A DNA stretch of 64,000 nt from an uncultured Clostridia bacterium (GTDB taxonomy: Bacteria; Bacillota_I; Bacilli_A; RF39; UBA660). The notes under the pieces are model-generated. The model was not told the DNA's origin. It was given only the letters and a program-made list of their open reading frames with translations, and made no database searches. The stretch spans positions 9,628 to 73,627 of the forward strand of contig CANRVH010000002.1 of the NCBI GenBank assembly GCA_947643225.1, given 5' to 3'. Within the stretch, counting starts at the first letter, position 1, and every line of letters starts with the position of its first letter. Both the position numbers and the translations under genes were made by a program. Positions 50,103 through 58,508 of the stretch are shown here, piece by piece.

Positions 50103-50669
50103 ATGACTTTTAAAGAAAAGGCTAAAAATTATGATAATGAATCAAGAGAAAAACGATCTCAAATCATTGCAGAAAAGATATTGAACATTGTTGGAGATAA
50201 ACAAAACTCTATGATGATGGAATATGGCTGTGCAACTGGATTAATATCGTTTCATTTATATGATAGATTTAAAAAATTAACTTTGATTGATTCTGAAGAG
50301 TAAATAATAAATATAGTAAGAAAAAAAGTTATTAATTATAATATATCTAATGTTATACCTATTAGAAAAGATTTAACAAAAGAAAAATATAATGTAGAAA
50401 AATTTGATGTTATTTTTACTTCATTGACACTTTATCACATAGTAGATGTAAAAAATATGATAAAGACATTTTATAGTATGTTAAATAAAGATGGTATATT
50501 AATTATAGATTTAGATAAAGAAGATGGTAGTTTTCATATGGATACAAAAGATTTTAGTGGTCATAATGGATTTGAACATAAATATATGGAAAATATATTA
50601 AAATCTGTTGGATTGTTTAATATTAAATCTGAAACATTTTTCAATAGCGAAAAGAAGATAAAAAAATAA
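50103..50669 (+). pseudogene. class I SAM-dependent methyltransferase interrupted by one in-frame TAA (50301-50303)
   Basis: Two track ORFs (50103-50303, 50424-50669) share one frame. Read through: motif I EYGCATG, post-I LIDSEE*, motif II FDVIFTS, motif III LNKDGILII. Confidence 0.6.
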
Positions 50670-50732
50670 AGTTATAATACCTCCTCTTTTAGGGTACCTT
50701 AAAGGATGACGTTCAACAACTTCCTTGTAATA

Positions 50733-51485
50733 CTATTTAGAACTATATATAAGATGATAAGGATATCCCCTTTTATCAATATTATCTAAATTTAGGTTTA
50801 AATCTTTAGCTAATTTAAGTAATTTATCATATTCGTTCATAGCGCTTTCATCATAATTTTTAACTTCTATTTCTATAAAATATCCTAAATTTTCTACATA
50901 ATCTAAGGCAATTTCATATTTATTTAAGTAAAAATATGTATCCCTTACTTTATTAACTATTGCGATTTCTTCCATTCCTAGAATTTTAAAAATTTTATCT
51001 AAATTAACTTCATTATCTATTTCAACTTCATATTCATCACAATACATATTGTTGTACCAATTTTTGTAATTTAGTATTTTTTTATTACCTCTTATTCCTA
51101 TTCTAAGCCATTCGTTTATCATTTTTTTACCATCATTTAGAAACCTTCTATGAGTCGGTTGATAATATGCATCAACTTGTTTACTCTCATTTAAAAATTT
51201 AGCATTATTTTTCATAAAAATTTCAATTTTATGAAATTCATTTTTTGAAAGTTTTATTTTTACCTCTGTTTCTATATCATTTTTCTTTGTATTTCCATGA
51301 ATTAAGTAACTAGCATTACAATTAAATAACTCGCTTAATTTAATTATAGTTTCTAAACTGGGTTCTGTTCTATTAGATTCCCAACTTGAAATTGTTTTAT
51401 CAGTTACAAAAATTTTATTTGCCAAATCATTTTGGGTCCATTTTTTATTTTTTCTCAAATCTGCTATTCGATTTCCTAAATTCAT
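50733..51485 (-). CDS. XRE-family HTH fused to CYTH domain (CyaB-like class IV adenylyl cyclase/triphosphate tunnel fold)
   Basis: N-terminal HTH (RIADLRKNKKWTQNDLANKIFVTDKTISSWESNRTEPSLETIIKLSELFN). CYTH motifs ETEVKIKL, VDAYYQPT, WLRIGIRGNKKILNYK, EYEVEID, RDTYFYL, LDYVENLGYFIEIEV. Start assigned to the internal ATG at 51485 (RBS GGTGA); the track ORF extends to 51632 across its own promoter. Confidence 0.65.
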   Translation of the reverse strand: MNLGNRIADLRKNKKWTQNDLANKIFVTDKTISSWESNRTEPSLETIIKLSELFNCNASYLIHGNTKKNDIETEVKIKLSKNEFHKIEIFMKNNAKFLNESKQVDAYYQPTHRRFLNDGKKMINEWLRIGIRGNKKILNYKNWYNNMYCDEYEVEIDNEVNLDKIFKILGMEEIAIVNKVRDTYFYLNKYEIALDYVENLGYFIEIEVKNYDESAMNEYDKLLKLAKDLNLNLDNIDKRGYPYHLIYSSK

Positions 51486-51550
51486 TTTTATCACCAAATT
51501 AATTGTATCATAATACAACATGTTATATGCTCTACATTTTGTAGAATGAT

Positions 51551-51587
51551 AGTCGTTATTTGATTTTGTCAAATTGCAAGTGTGTTT
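51551..51587 (-). promoter_or_regulatory. conserved promoter/operator motif copy 4 (AAAACACACTTGCAATTTGACAAAATCAAATAACGAC), upstream of the HTH-CYTH gene
   Basis: Dyad ATTTG-N7-CAAAT; TATCAT -10-like just downstream. Candidate autoregulatory site. Confidence 0.45.
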
Positions 51588-51709
51588 TCTATATTGAAAA
51601 AATTTAATATAAAACCGCCGATTTAAGAACAAATGTTTACTATAATAAATTTAGGAACGCTTAATAAGTTGGGTGGAGCCAAACTTCATAAAAGAAGGGA
51701 GGCGATATA

Positions 51710-51793
51710 ATGAACAAGAAAGATTTCTTAATCTTTGCTCTAGTAATTATTATCTTCCTTTTACTATTATTGTTATTTATAACTTTAATATAA
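51710..51793 (+). CDS. 27-aa hydrophobic peptide MNKKDFLIFALVIIIFLLLLLLFITLI (candidate type I toxin, paralog of peptide A)
   Basis: RBS AAGGGAGG. TATAAT -10 at 51643-51648. The 3' end abuts the hairpin TCCACCTAA..TTAGGTGGA. Confidence 0.5.
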   Translation: MNKKDFLIFALVIIIFLLLLLLFITLI

Positions 51794-51885
51794 AAGAAAT
51801 CCACCTAACTCTAGCATAGATTTAGGTGGAACCAAATACATGGTGACACTCAACACTGCAATATTGAATGTTCCTTTTATTTTAT
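51787..51885 (-). ncRNA. putative small antisense RNA (candidate type I antitoxin) C
   Basis: Minus-strand terminator TCCACCTAAatctatgctagagTTAGGTGGA + TTTCTTTTAT. The segment TTTGGTTCCACCTAAA can pair with 15 contiguous nt (2 G-U) of the peptide mRNA 5' UTR (TTGGGTGGAGCCAAA). Its 5' part (CAGTGTTGAGTGTC) is homologous to sRNA A (CAATGTTGAGTACTC). Confidence 0.35.
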
Positions 51886-51988
51886 GCAAGTTTCCTTGAC
51901 ATATTGACCATAACATAAAAACGCACCTTTATCAAGTACGTTTTTTAATTACTACTCGAACTCTCACTATTTTATGTATTCGAGTTTT
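51873..51988 (-). repeat. repeat module, copy C (inverted orientation, no adjacent tRNA)
   Basis: Reverse complement carries ACTCGAA..TTCGAGT, then AAAAAACGTAC..GTGCGTTTTTATG and the identical core ATATGTCAAGGAAACTTGCATAAAATAAAAGG. Confidence 0.75.
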
Positions 51989-52088
51989 AATTTGAACAAA
52001 ATATGATATTGCCAATAAATATTTTGCTAATAATAAAAAATATGATATGATATAAAACATCAAATAAAGGGGGAGGAATGAAAAAAGT

Positions 52089-52433
52089 ATGAAAATTTAT
52101 AGGGATATACCTCTTTTTTTAAGAAAAAGAGGAGGTCACGAATTTAATAGTTTAGCAGACGATCTATCTGAAGAAGGAAAATATTTCTATTTATTTGCTG
52201 AAGATGCAATTATACAGGGAAATGATTTACTTGGAAAGTATCATAGATTAACAATAGATACCTTTCTAGTTGTCGAATATGACATTCCAAAAGAAATAAT
52301 TTTAAAAAACATTGGATATGGTGATTATACTGAAGGAATTAATCCCTTATATTTAATAGAATCGTATATTGAAAGGAGTGACTTAGGTAACAAAAAAACA
52401 ACCACATATGAAATACCTGACGAAAAGAATTAA
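52089..52433 (+). CDS. hypothetical protein (114 aa)
   Basis: Clean ORF with RBS GGGGGAGG; no motif. Confidence 0.4.
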   Translation: MKIYRDIPLFLRKRGGHEFNSLADDLSEEGKYFYLFAEDAIIQGNDLLGKYHRLTIDTFLVVEYDIPKEIILKNIGYGDYTEGINPLYLIESYIERSDLGNKKTTTYEIPDEKN

Positions 52434-52498
52434 AGATTTTAAGTCAATCTTTAAAAGATTCTTTAAAATTAACACAGGAATATATAAGTTTATCTGAT

Positions 52499-52846
52499 AT
52501 GTTTTTTTATCTTGATTGCTTTGACACTCATGATTTAAAATCAATAATAGATAATGAAGAAAAAATTCAAAATACAATTATAGATAGCCCATTTTATCAA
52601 AGTTTTATGAATGAAAATGGAGAGCTAATTGAATCACCTTACATTACTGGAAAAATAATACCAGTCAACATGAATTTTATGTCTCACAAATTAAAAAATG
52701 ATGATGAAATTACTAAGTATTATCAAAGCAAAGGAATAAATTGTGATTTTTCTAAAGAACAACAAGAATATAAAGATGAATTATTATATTTTATAAAGAA
52801 ACAAGAAAAAGTAAAAGTAAAAAGTTTGTTAGAAAAGAAAAAATAA
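52499..52846 (+). CDS. hypothetical protein (115 aa)
   Basis: ORF after 52089-52433 on the same strand; no motif. Confidence 0.35.
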   Translation: MFFYLDCFDTHDLKSIIDNEEKIQNTIIDSPFYQSFMNENGELIESPYITGKIIPVNMNFMSHKLKNDDEITKYYQSKGINCDFSKEQQEYKDELLYFIKKQEKVKVKSLLEKKK

Positions 52847-52994
52847 CATGCACTTTTTATTAAATTGACTAATAATTCTAATTTTTATTGAAAGCAAATA
52901 ACTTCAAAAAAAGTAGTTTTTATGCTATGATAACGATATCGAAATATCTTTTATCAAAAAGAAATATTTAAATGGTCTTAATTGAAATAACAAA

Positions 52995-54614
52995 GTGGTG
53001 ATGCAAGGAATGAATACAAATATTAATTTTATTTTTAGGAGTCTCAATAAAAAGAAGATAATTGTTTGTTTATTGATAGAGGCATTTTTAGACTTTATTT
53101 ATTTTTTAGTTCCCTTTGCTTTCACATTATTTTTAACTTTACCTTTTACCATTGAAAAGGCAGTCATTGTAATAGCAATATTTATGATCTCTAAAACATT
53201 TCGTGTTGCAGGAAACTATTTATTAAGAAAATATAGGGATAATTATTTATATGAACATTCAAAGATACAATATCAAGAATATTATAAAAAATTAAGTAAA
53301 TTACCTGTAGAAACGATATCAAAGTATCAAACTGGATATTTTGAAAATATAATCGAGAAAATTAGTGGATTAGTAAGAAACATATTACAGGCAGAGTATA
53401 TAAGTATAGTAATAACTTTTATTTTCTTGTTTTATACATTATATAATCAGTCAATACTACTATTTATCAGTTCATTTATTACAAGTAGTATTTGTATAGT
53501 TTTAAGCATTAGAATATTACAAAAAGCAAATAAACAAGTGGAAAAATTATATGACCAAGAGTATCAATATTCATCAAATTATAATGATTATATTAATAAT
53601 ATTCGTACAGTTAAACTATTAAATAACAATAATTACTTTGCTAATAAAATTGGTAAGGAAGGTAAAAAATGTTATCATGAAGAACAGAAATATGTTAAAT
53701 ATTATTCTTTAGAAGAAGTTTTACGCAATATATTAATCGTTATTCCATTTTTTCTTGGTTTAATAAAAGCTACTATTGACCTAGAAAAGGGGATTGATAC
53801 ACTAGGAATTATTACTTTTTATATTTCGCTACATATCGAAATGGGATTTATATTTGAAGAGTTATCTGGAACAATAATCAATTGGTACGAGTTGAAAGCA
53901 ATAAAAAACAAATTAAATTGTATATTTAAAGATTTAGATTATAGAAAAGAGCTGAAAACCTTTCATAAAATTGAGTTATCTAATATTATAATAGAGTATC
54001 CCAAATCAACGTTAAAAATAGGAGTAGATCACTTAATCATAAATGATAATGATAAAATATCGATTACAGGTCAATCAGGCCAAGGGAAAACTTCTATAAT
54101 TAATTTAATTTTAGGCAACATTAATTCGTATAAAGGAAAGATTTTAATTGATGGTAAAAATTTAAAGTATGTAAAGTTAGATATTGGTGTTGTAAGTCAA
54201 GAAATAGAATTATTTAATATGTCTATCAAAGATAATTTATGTCTAGGAAGAAGAATACCAGATGAAGAAATTAAAAAATATTTGAAGGAACTTGAATTAG
54301 ATGAAATACTAATGTTTGAAGACGGAATTAATACAGTTATTGGTGAAAAAGGATTAAAATTATCTACTGGTCAAAAAAGAAGAATAAATATATTAAGAAG
54401 TTATTTAATGAAAAAAGATATCTATATTTTAGATGAACCAACCTCTAATTTAGATAGTCACACAGAAGAAATAGTAATTAACTTTATCCTAAAATATTTT
54501 AAAGATAAAACCTTAATTATTGCTACACATAATAAGAAAATAAATACAATATGTAATCAATTTTATACCTTTAAAAATCACAAATTAATAAAAATCGATC
54601 ACTTTGCTTCTTAG
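52995..54614 (+). CDS. ABC exporter, fused permease-ATPase (type I exporter; no C39 peptidase domain)
   Basis: N-terminal 6-TM domain. Walker A GQSGQGKTS, signature LSTGQKRR, Walker B ILDEPTSNLD. Confidence 0.8.
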   Translation: MVMQGMNTNINFIFRSLNKKKIIVCLLIEAFLDFIYFLVPFAFTLFLTLPFTIEKAVIVIAIFMISKTFRVAGNYLLRKYRDNYLYEHSKIQYQEYYKKLSKLPVETISKYQTGYFENIIEKISGLVRNILQAEYISIVITFIFLFYTLYNQSILLFISSFITSSICIVLSIRILQKANKQVEKLYDQEYQYSSNYNDYINNIRTVKLLNNNNYFANKIGKEGKKCYHEEQKYVKYYSLEEVLRNILIVIPFFLGLIKATIDLEKGIDTLGIITFYISLHIEMGFIFEELSGTIINWYELKAIKNKLNCIFKDLDYRKELKTFHKIELSNIIIEYPKSTLKIGVDHLIINDNDKISITGQSGQGKTSIINLILGNINSYKGKILIDGKNLKYVKLDIGVVSQEIELFNMSIKDNLCLGRRIPDEEIKKYLKELELDEILMFEDGINTVIGEKGLKLSTGQKRRINILRSYLMKKDIYILDEPTSNLDSHTEEIVINFILKYFKDKTLIIATHNKKINTICNQFYTFKNHKLIKIDHFAS

Positions 54615-54784
54615 GACAAAGATTATATTTTAACTAAAATCAACTAGAAAACAGAAATAATTATTATATAAATAAGACTAAACTCTGGTAAAGAGTTTGG
54701 CAAAATAGGCCACAGTAAATAGATAGTAATACGAATTAGCAATAACAGGAAATAAACTTCATAAAAGGTAATGGAGGTATAAAA

Positions 54785-55804
54785 ATGAATAAGTTTACAA
54801 ATATCAATAGCAAAAAAATAAAAAATAAAAAACTCCTATTTTTAATGATAGGAATATTTTTAATTGGAGTATCCTTCATTTTTTTATATACTAGTCAAAA
54901 AGCAAAAAATGATGCCGATAAAGAAATAACAAACCTAAATTCCATTATTATTTCATCTAAGGAAAAAGAAGATAAATTAGCCTTTTTAAATATCCAATCT
55001 AAACCATATAAATTTGCTGTATATGATGATACAAAAAATAGTTATTATATTGTATCAGATGGTCAGTATTTATATGTTGTCTTTATGTCACCTGAAGACT
55101 ATCAAAAATTAGACAAAAAAGATACTCATAATAGTCCAGTGCGAGTAAAAGGAGTTACTAAAACAACAACTAAAGAGATAAAAAAGCTAGCAATAGAAGC
55201 CTATAATAGAACACTTCAAGAAAATGATAAAAAATTAACCATCTCAGATTATGATCATTATTTTGGTGCTGTATATTTAGATATGATTACAACATCAACT
55301 ACAACATCTTTAATTTTTCTTTCCATATTTTTCTTCATTGCTTTTTTTGGAGCAGTATTTGCTTTGTCAAATCTTTTCGAATTAATAGGAATAGCATATT
55401 CTATTAAAAAGTTAGAGGTTGCTAAAATAGAAGAGCTTGATCAAGAAATGAATAGTTCAGATACTATTTTCTATAACAAAGCAAATTTATATCTAACTAA
55501 AAACTATATCATTAGTTTTGAAAACAGATTAAAAGTAATTAATTATAAAGATATCTTATGGATTTACCTATATGAACAAAGAACAAATGGTATAAAAACA
55601 ACACAAAGTATCAAAATCTTAACAAATGATGGGAAAATATCAACTATTGCGACAATTGCTTTGATAACAAAGAAAAAGAAAAAAATGTATAATGAAATTT
55701 GGAATACCATCATTAATAAAAATGATCAAATCTTAATTGGCTTTACCAAAGAAAACATTGATGCTATGAATCAAAAAGTGAAAGAAATAAAAAATAAAAA
55801 TTAA
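54785..55804 (+). CDS. hypothetical membrane protein (2 TM, 339 aa)
   Basis: TM near residue 20 and a long hydrophobic segment near residue 180 (LIFLSIFFFIAFFGAVFALSNLF). No motif. Confidence 0.4.
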   Translation: MNKFTNINSKKIKNKKLLFLMIGIFLIGVSFIFLYTSQKAKNDADKEITNLNSIIISSKEKEDKLAFLNIQSKPYKFAVYDDTKNSYYIVSDGQYLYVVFMSPEDYQKLDKKDTHNSPVRVKGVTKTTTKEIKKLAIEAYNRTLQENDKKLTISDYDHYFGAVYLDMITTSTTTSLIFLSIFFFIAFFGAVFALSNLFELIGIAYSIKKLEVAKIEELDQEMNSSDTIFYNKANLYLTKNYIISFENRLKVINYKDILWIYLYEQRTNGIKTTQSIKILTNDGKISTIATIALITKKKKKMYNEIWNTIINKNDQILIGFTKENIDAMNQKVKEIKNKN

Positions 55805-55971
55805 ACCCTTGTTTCTAAAAAAGAGATACAAGGGTTTTAGTAAAACAGAAAAAAGATAGACTAAGATATAGAAATATATTTCGAGATTATAATAATTTTA
55901 GTGAACATATCATGGTATAATCAAAATGAGATTAAAAAAGAATACAAAATTTAATAAAAAAGGAGCCAAAA

Positions 55972-56634
55972 ATGAAAAAAATTCTAATTATAGAAGATGA
56001 TCAAAGTTTATGCACTGAATTATCAACTTTACTAGAAAATTCAGGTTATAATCCCATCATTCTAAAAGATTTTCAAAATGTTAAAGAAGAAATCAAAAAA
56101 AATTTACCTGATTTAATTTTATTAGATATCAATATTCCTTACACTAATGGAGAATTGTTATTACAAGAAATTCGCAAAGAGTGGAATATGCCAATTATTA
56201 TGGTAACAAGTAGAAATAATGAACTAGATGAGGTTTTATCTATTTCTTATGGAGCAGATGACTATATTACTAAACCATACAATCCCACAATCCTTCTTTT
56301 AAGAATAGGAGCGATATTTAAGAGAATAGAAAAAACATCAATTATAGAAAAATACAAAGAACTGAATATTAATATGCAAAAGGGAATAATTTCCAAAGGT
56401 AATCAAGAAATAACTTTAACAAAGAATGAGATGATCATCTTTAATTATTTATTAACTCACCAAAATAAAATTGTAACTAGAGATGAATTAATGACTGATT
56501 TATGGAATAATAACGAATATATAAATGATAATGCTTTAACAGTAAATATCAGTAGATTAAGAAGCAAATTAAGAGATATAGGATATAAAGATATGATTGA
56601 AACGAGAAAAGGACAAGGGTATATTTTAACATGA
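55972..56634 (+). CDS. OmpR-family response regulator (BceR-like)
   Basis: Receiver domain (DDD...LLDINIP..T..K) and winged-helix C-terminus, 220 aa. Confidence 0.85.
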   Translation: MKKILIIEDDQSLCTELSTLLENSGYNPIILKDFQNVKEEIKKNLPDLILLDINIPYTNGELLLQEIRKEWNMPIIMVTSRNNELDEVLSISYGADDYITKPYNPTILLLRIGAIFKRIEKTSIIEKYKELNINMQKGIISKGNQEITLTKNEMIIFNYLLTHQNKIVTRDELMTDLWNNNEYINDNALTVNISRLRSKLRDIGYKDMIETRKGQGYILT

Positions 56635-57647
56635 AATTAAAAGAATATTTAAAAGATCAACTATCATTTATCATCACATTTATTTTAAATATAATGATTA
56701 TCTTATTAATGCTAACAACTTTTAAAGTAGAAAAAAATCTAATAATCGCTATTATATTCATATTACTAATCAGTAATTTATACTATCTTTTCTTTAACTA
56801 TTTTCGAAAAAAAGGGTTCTATCAGGAATTACTCAATAACATCGAATTACTAGATAAAAGTTATTTAGTTTTAGAAACCCTCCAAAAACCATCCTTTTAT
56901 GAAGGAAAGTTATTACATCAGGCATTGTATGATATTAATAAATCAATGAATGAATATGTAAAAAACTTAGAAATTCAGGTAAATGACTTCAAAGAATACA
57001 TTGAAATGTGGATTCATGAAGTAAAAGTTCCCTTAGCAAGTTTAACCTTAATGCTTCATAATAATAAAAAGGAAGAAAAAAACTTAAATGAACAACTGAG
57101 AAGAATAGAAGATTACTTAGAACAAGTCTTATACTATGTAAGAAGTGAAAATGCTGAAAAAGATTATTTAATTAAAGAGACAAAATTAGAAAAAATCATG
57201 AATAGTATCGCTTTAAAAAACAAAGATGATTTATTAGAAAATAAAATAGATTTAATTGTAAAAAATATAGATTATCAAGTTCTTACTGATTCAAAATGGT
57301 TAGAATTTATGATGAATCAAATCATCAACAACAGTATTAAATATAGAAAAAAAGAAACGAATTCTTATATTAAAATATCTGCCATTGAAAAAGAAAAAAA
57401 AGTAGTTTTAACAATAGAGGATAATGGAATAGGAATACCTCAATCAGATATAAATAGAGTATTTGAAAAATCATTTACTGGACAAAATGGAAGAAAAAAA
57501 TCAAAATCAACGGGAATGGGTTTATTTATCGCTAACAACTTATGTCATAAACTAGGGCATAAAATCATGATAGAATCAGTTGAAAATCATTATACTAAGG
57601 TATCCATCATCTTTGTTAAAAATAAGTATTATGATGTGACAAAGTAA
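56631..57647 (+). CDS. intramembrane-sensing histidine kinase (BceS-like)
   Basis: Two N-terminal TM with a minimal loop; H box MWIHEVKVPLAS; HATPase N/G boxes (EDNGIGIP, GMGLFIANNL). Confidence 0.8.
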   Translation: MKLKEYLKDQLSFIITFILNIMIILLMLTTFKVEKNLIIAIIFILLISNLYYLFFNYFRKKGFYQELLNNIELLDKSYLVLETLQKPSFYEGKLLHQALYDINKSMNEYVKNLEIQVNDFKEYIEMWIHEVKVPLASLTLMLHNNKKEEKNLNEQLRRIEDYLEQVLYYVRSENAEKDYLIKETKLEKIMNSIALKNKDDLLENKIDLIVKNIDYQVLTDSKWLEFMMNQIINNSIKYRKKETNSYIKISAIEKEKKVVLTIEDNGIGIPQSDINRVFEKSFTGQNGRKKSKSTGMGLFIANNLCHKLGHKIMIESVENHYTKVSIIFVKNKYYDVTK

Positions 57648-57653
57648 ATTTAT

Positions 57654-57680
57654 CTTACAAAATTGTAAGATTCTGTAAGA
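57654..57680 (+). promoter_or_regulatory. candidate response-regulator operator upstream of the bceA-like gene (CTTACAAAATTGTAAG palindrome plus TGTAAGA half-site)
   Basis: Near-perfect 16-bp palindrome followed 4 bp later by a third half-site, ~60-85 nt upstream of the ABC ATPase start. Confidence 0.4.
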
Positions 57681-57740
57681 TAAAACAAACGACAAGAAGT
57701 AGTATTTCATCTAATATGGTAAATAAGGAGGAGAAATATT

Positions 57741-58508
57741 ATGGAAAATATTTTAAAAATATCACAAATAGAAAAATATTATGGAAACAGATCATCCTTA
57801 ACAAAAGCAATTGATAACATCTCATTCGAAGTAGAAAAAGGAGAATTTGTAGCCATTATGGGTGCATCAGGAAGTGGAAAAACAACGTTATTAAATGTCA
57901 TTTCAACAATTGATAAAGTAACAAGTGGTCATATTTATGTAGCGGGAGAAGATATCACCAAATTAAAAGGAAATAACCTAAATAAATTTAGAAGGGAAGA
58001 ATTAGGATTTATTTTTCAAGACTTCAACCTATTAGATACTCTAACTGCTTATGAAAATATCGCACTAGCTTTGTCCATTCAAAATAAAGATGCAAAAGAA
58101 ATAGACAAAAAAATCAAAAAAGTCGCAGAAGATTTAGACATTAAAAACATTTTAAAAAAATATCCCTATCAAATGAGTGGAGGACAAAAGCAAAGGGTTG
58201 CATCAGCAAGAGCGATTATCACTGATCCTAAACTTGTTTTAGCTGATGAACCAACAGGAGCTTTAGATTCAAAATCATCAAAAATGCTGTTAGAAAGATT
58301 TAACTATTTAAATAAAGAATTAAAAACAACAATTCTAATGGTTACTCATGATGCCTTTACCGCCTCTTATGCTTCACGTGTAATTTTCATTAAAGATGGC
58401 AAAATATTTAACGAAATAAATAGAGGAAATGGTTCTCGAAAAGAGTTTTTTGATTCAATTATCAATGTTGTAACTTTACTTGGTGGTGACTTAAATGATG
58501 CTCTTTAA
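57741..58508 (+). CDS. ABC transporter ATP-binding protein (BceA/MacB-type)
   Basis: Walker A GASGSGKTT, signature MSGGQKQR, Walker B LADEPTGALD. Confidence 0.9.
   Translation: MENILKISQIEKYYGNRSSLTKAIDNISFEVEKGEFVAIMGASGSGKTTLLNVISTIDKVTSGHIYVAGEDITKLKGNNLNKFRREELGFIFQDFNLLDTLTAYENIALALSIQNKDAKEIDKKIKKVAEDLDIKNILKKYPYQMSGGQKQRVASARAIITDPKLVLADEPTGALDSKSSKMLLERFNYLNKELKTTILMVTHDAFTASYASRVIFIKDGKIFNEINRGNGSRKEFFDSIINVVTLLGGDLNDAL

Noticed and set aside
50733-51632. Track ORF start at 51632 for the HTH-CYTH gene (MFLNRRFYIKFFQYRK...)
   Set aside because: The first 49 codons run across the gene's own promoter and operator and are low-complexity. The internal ATG at 51485 directly precedes the HTH and has an RBS, so it was taken as the start.
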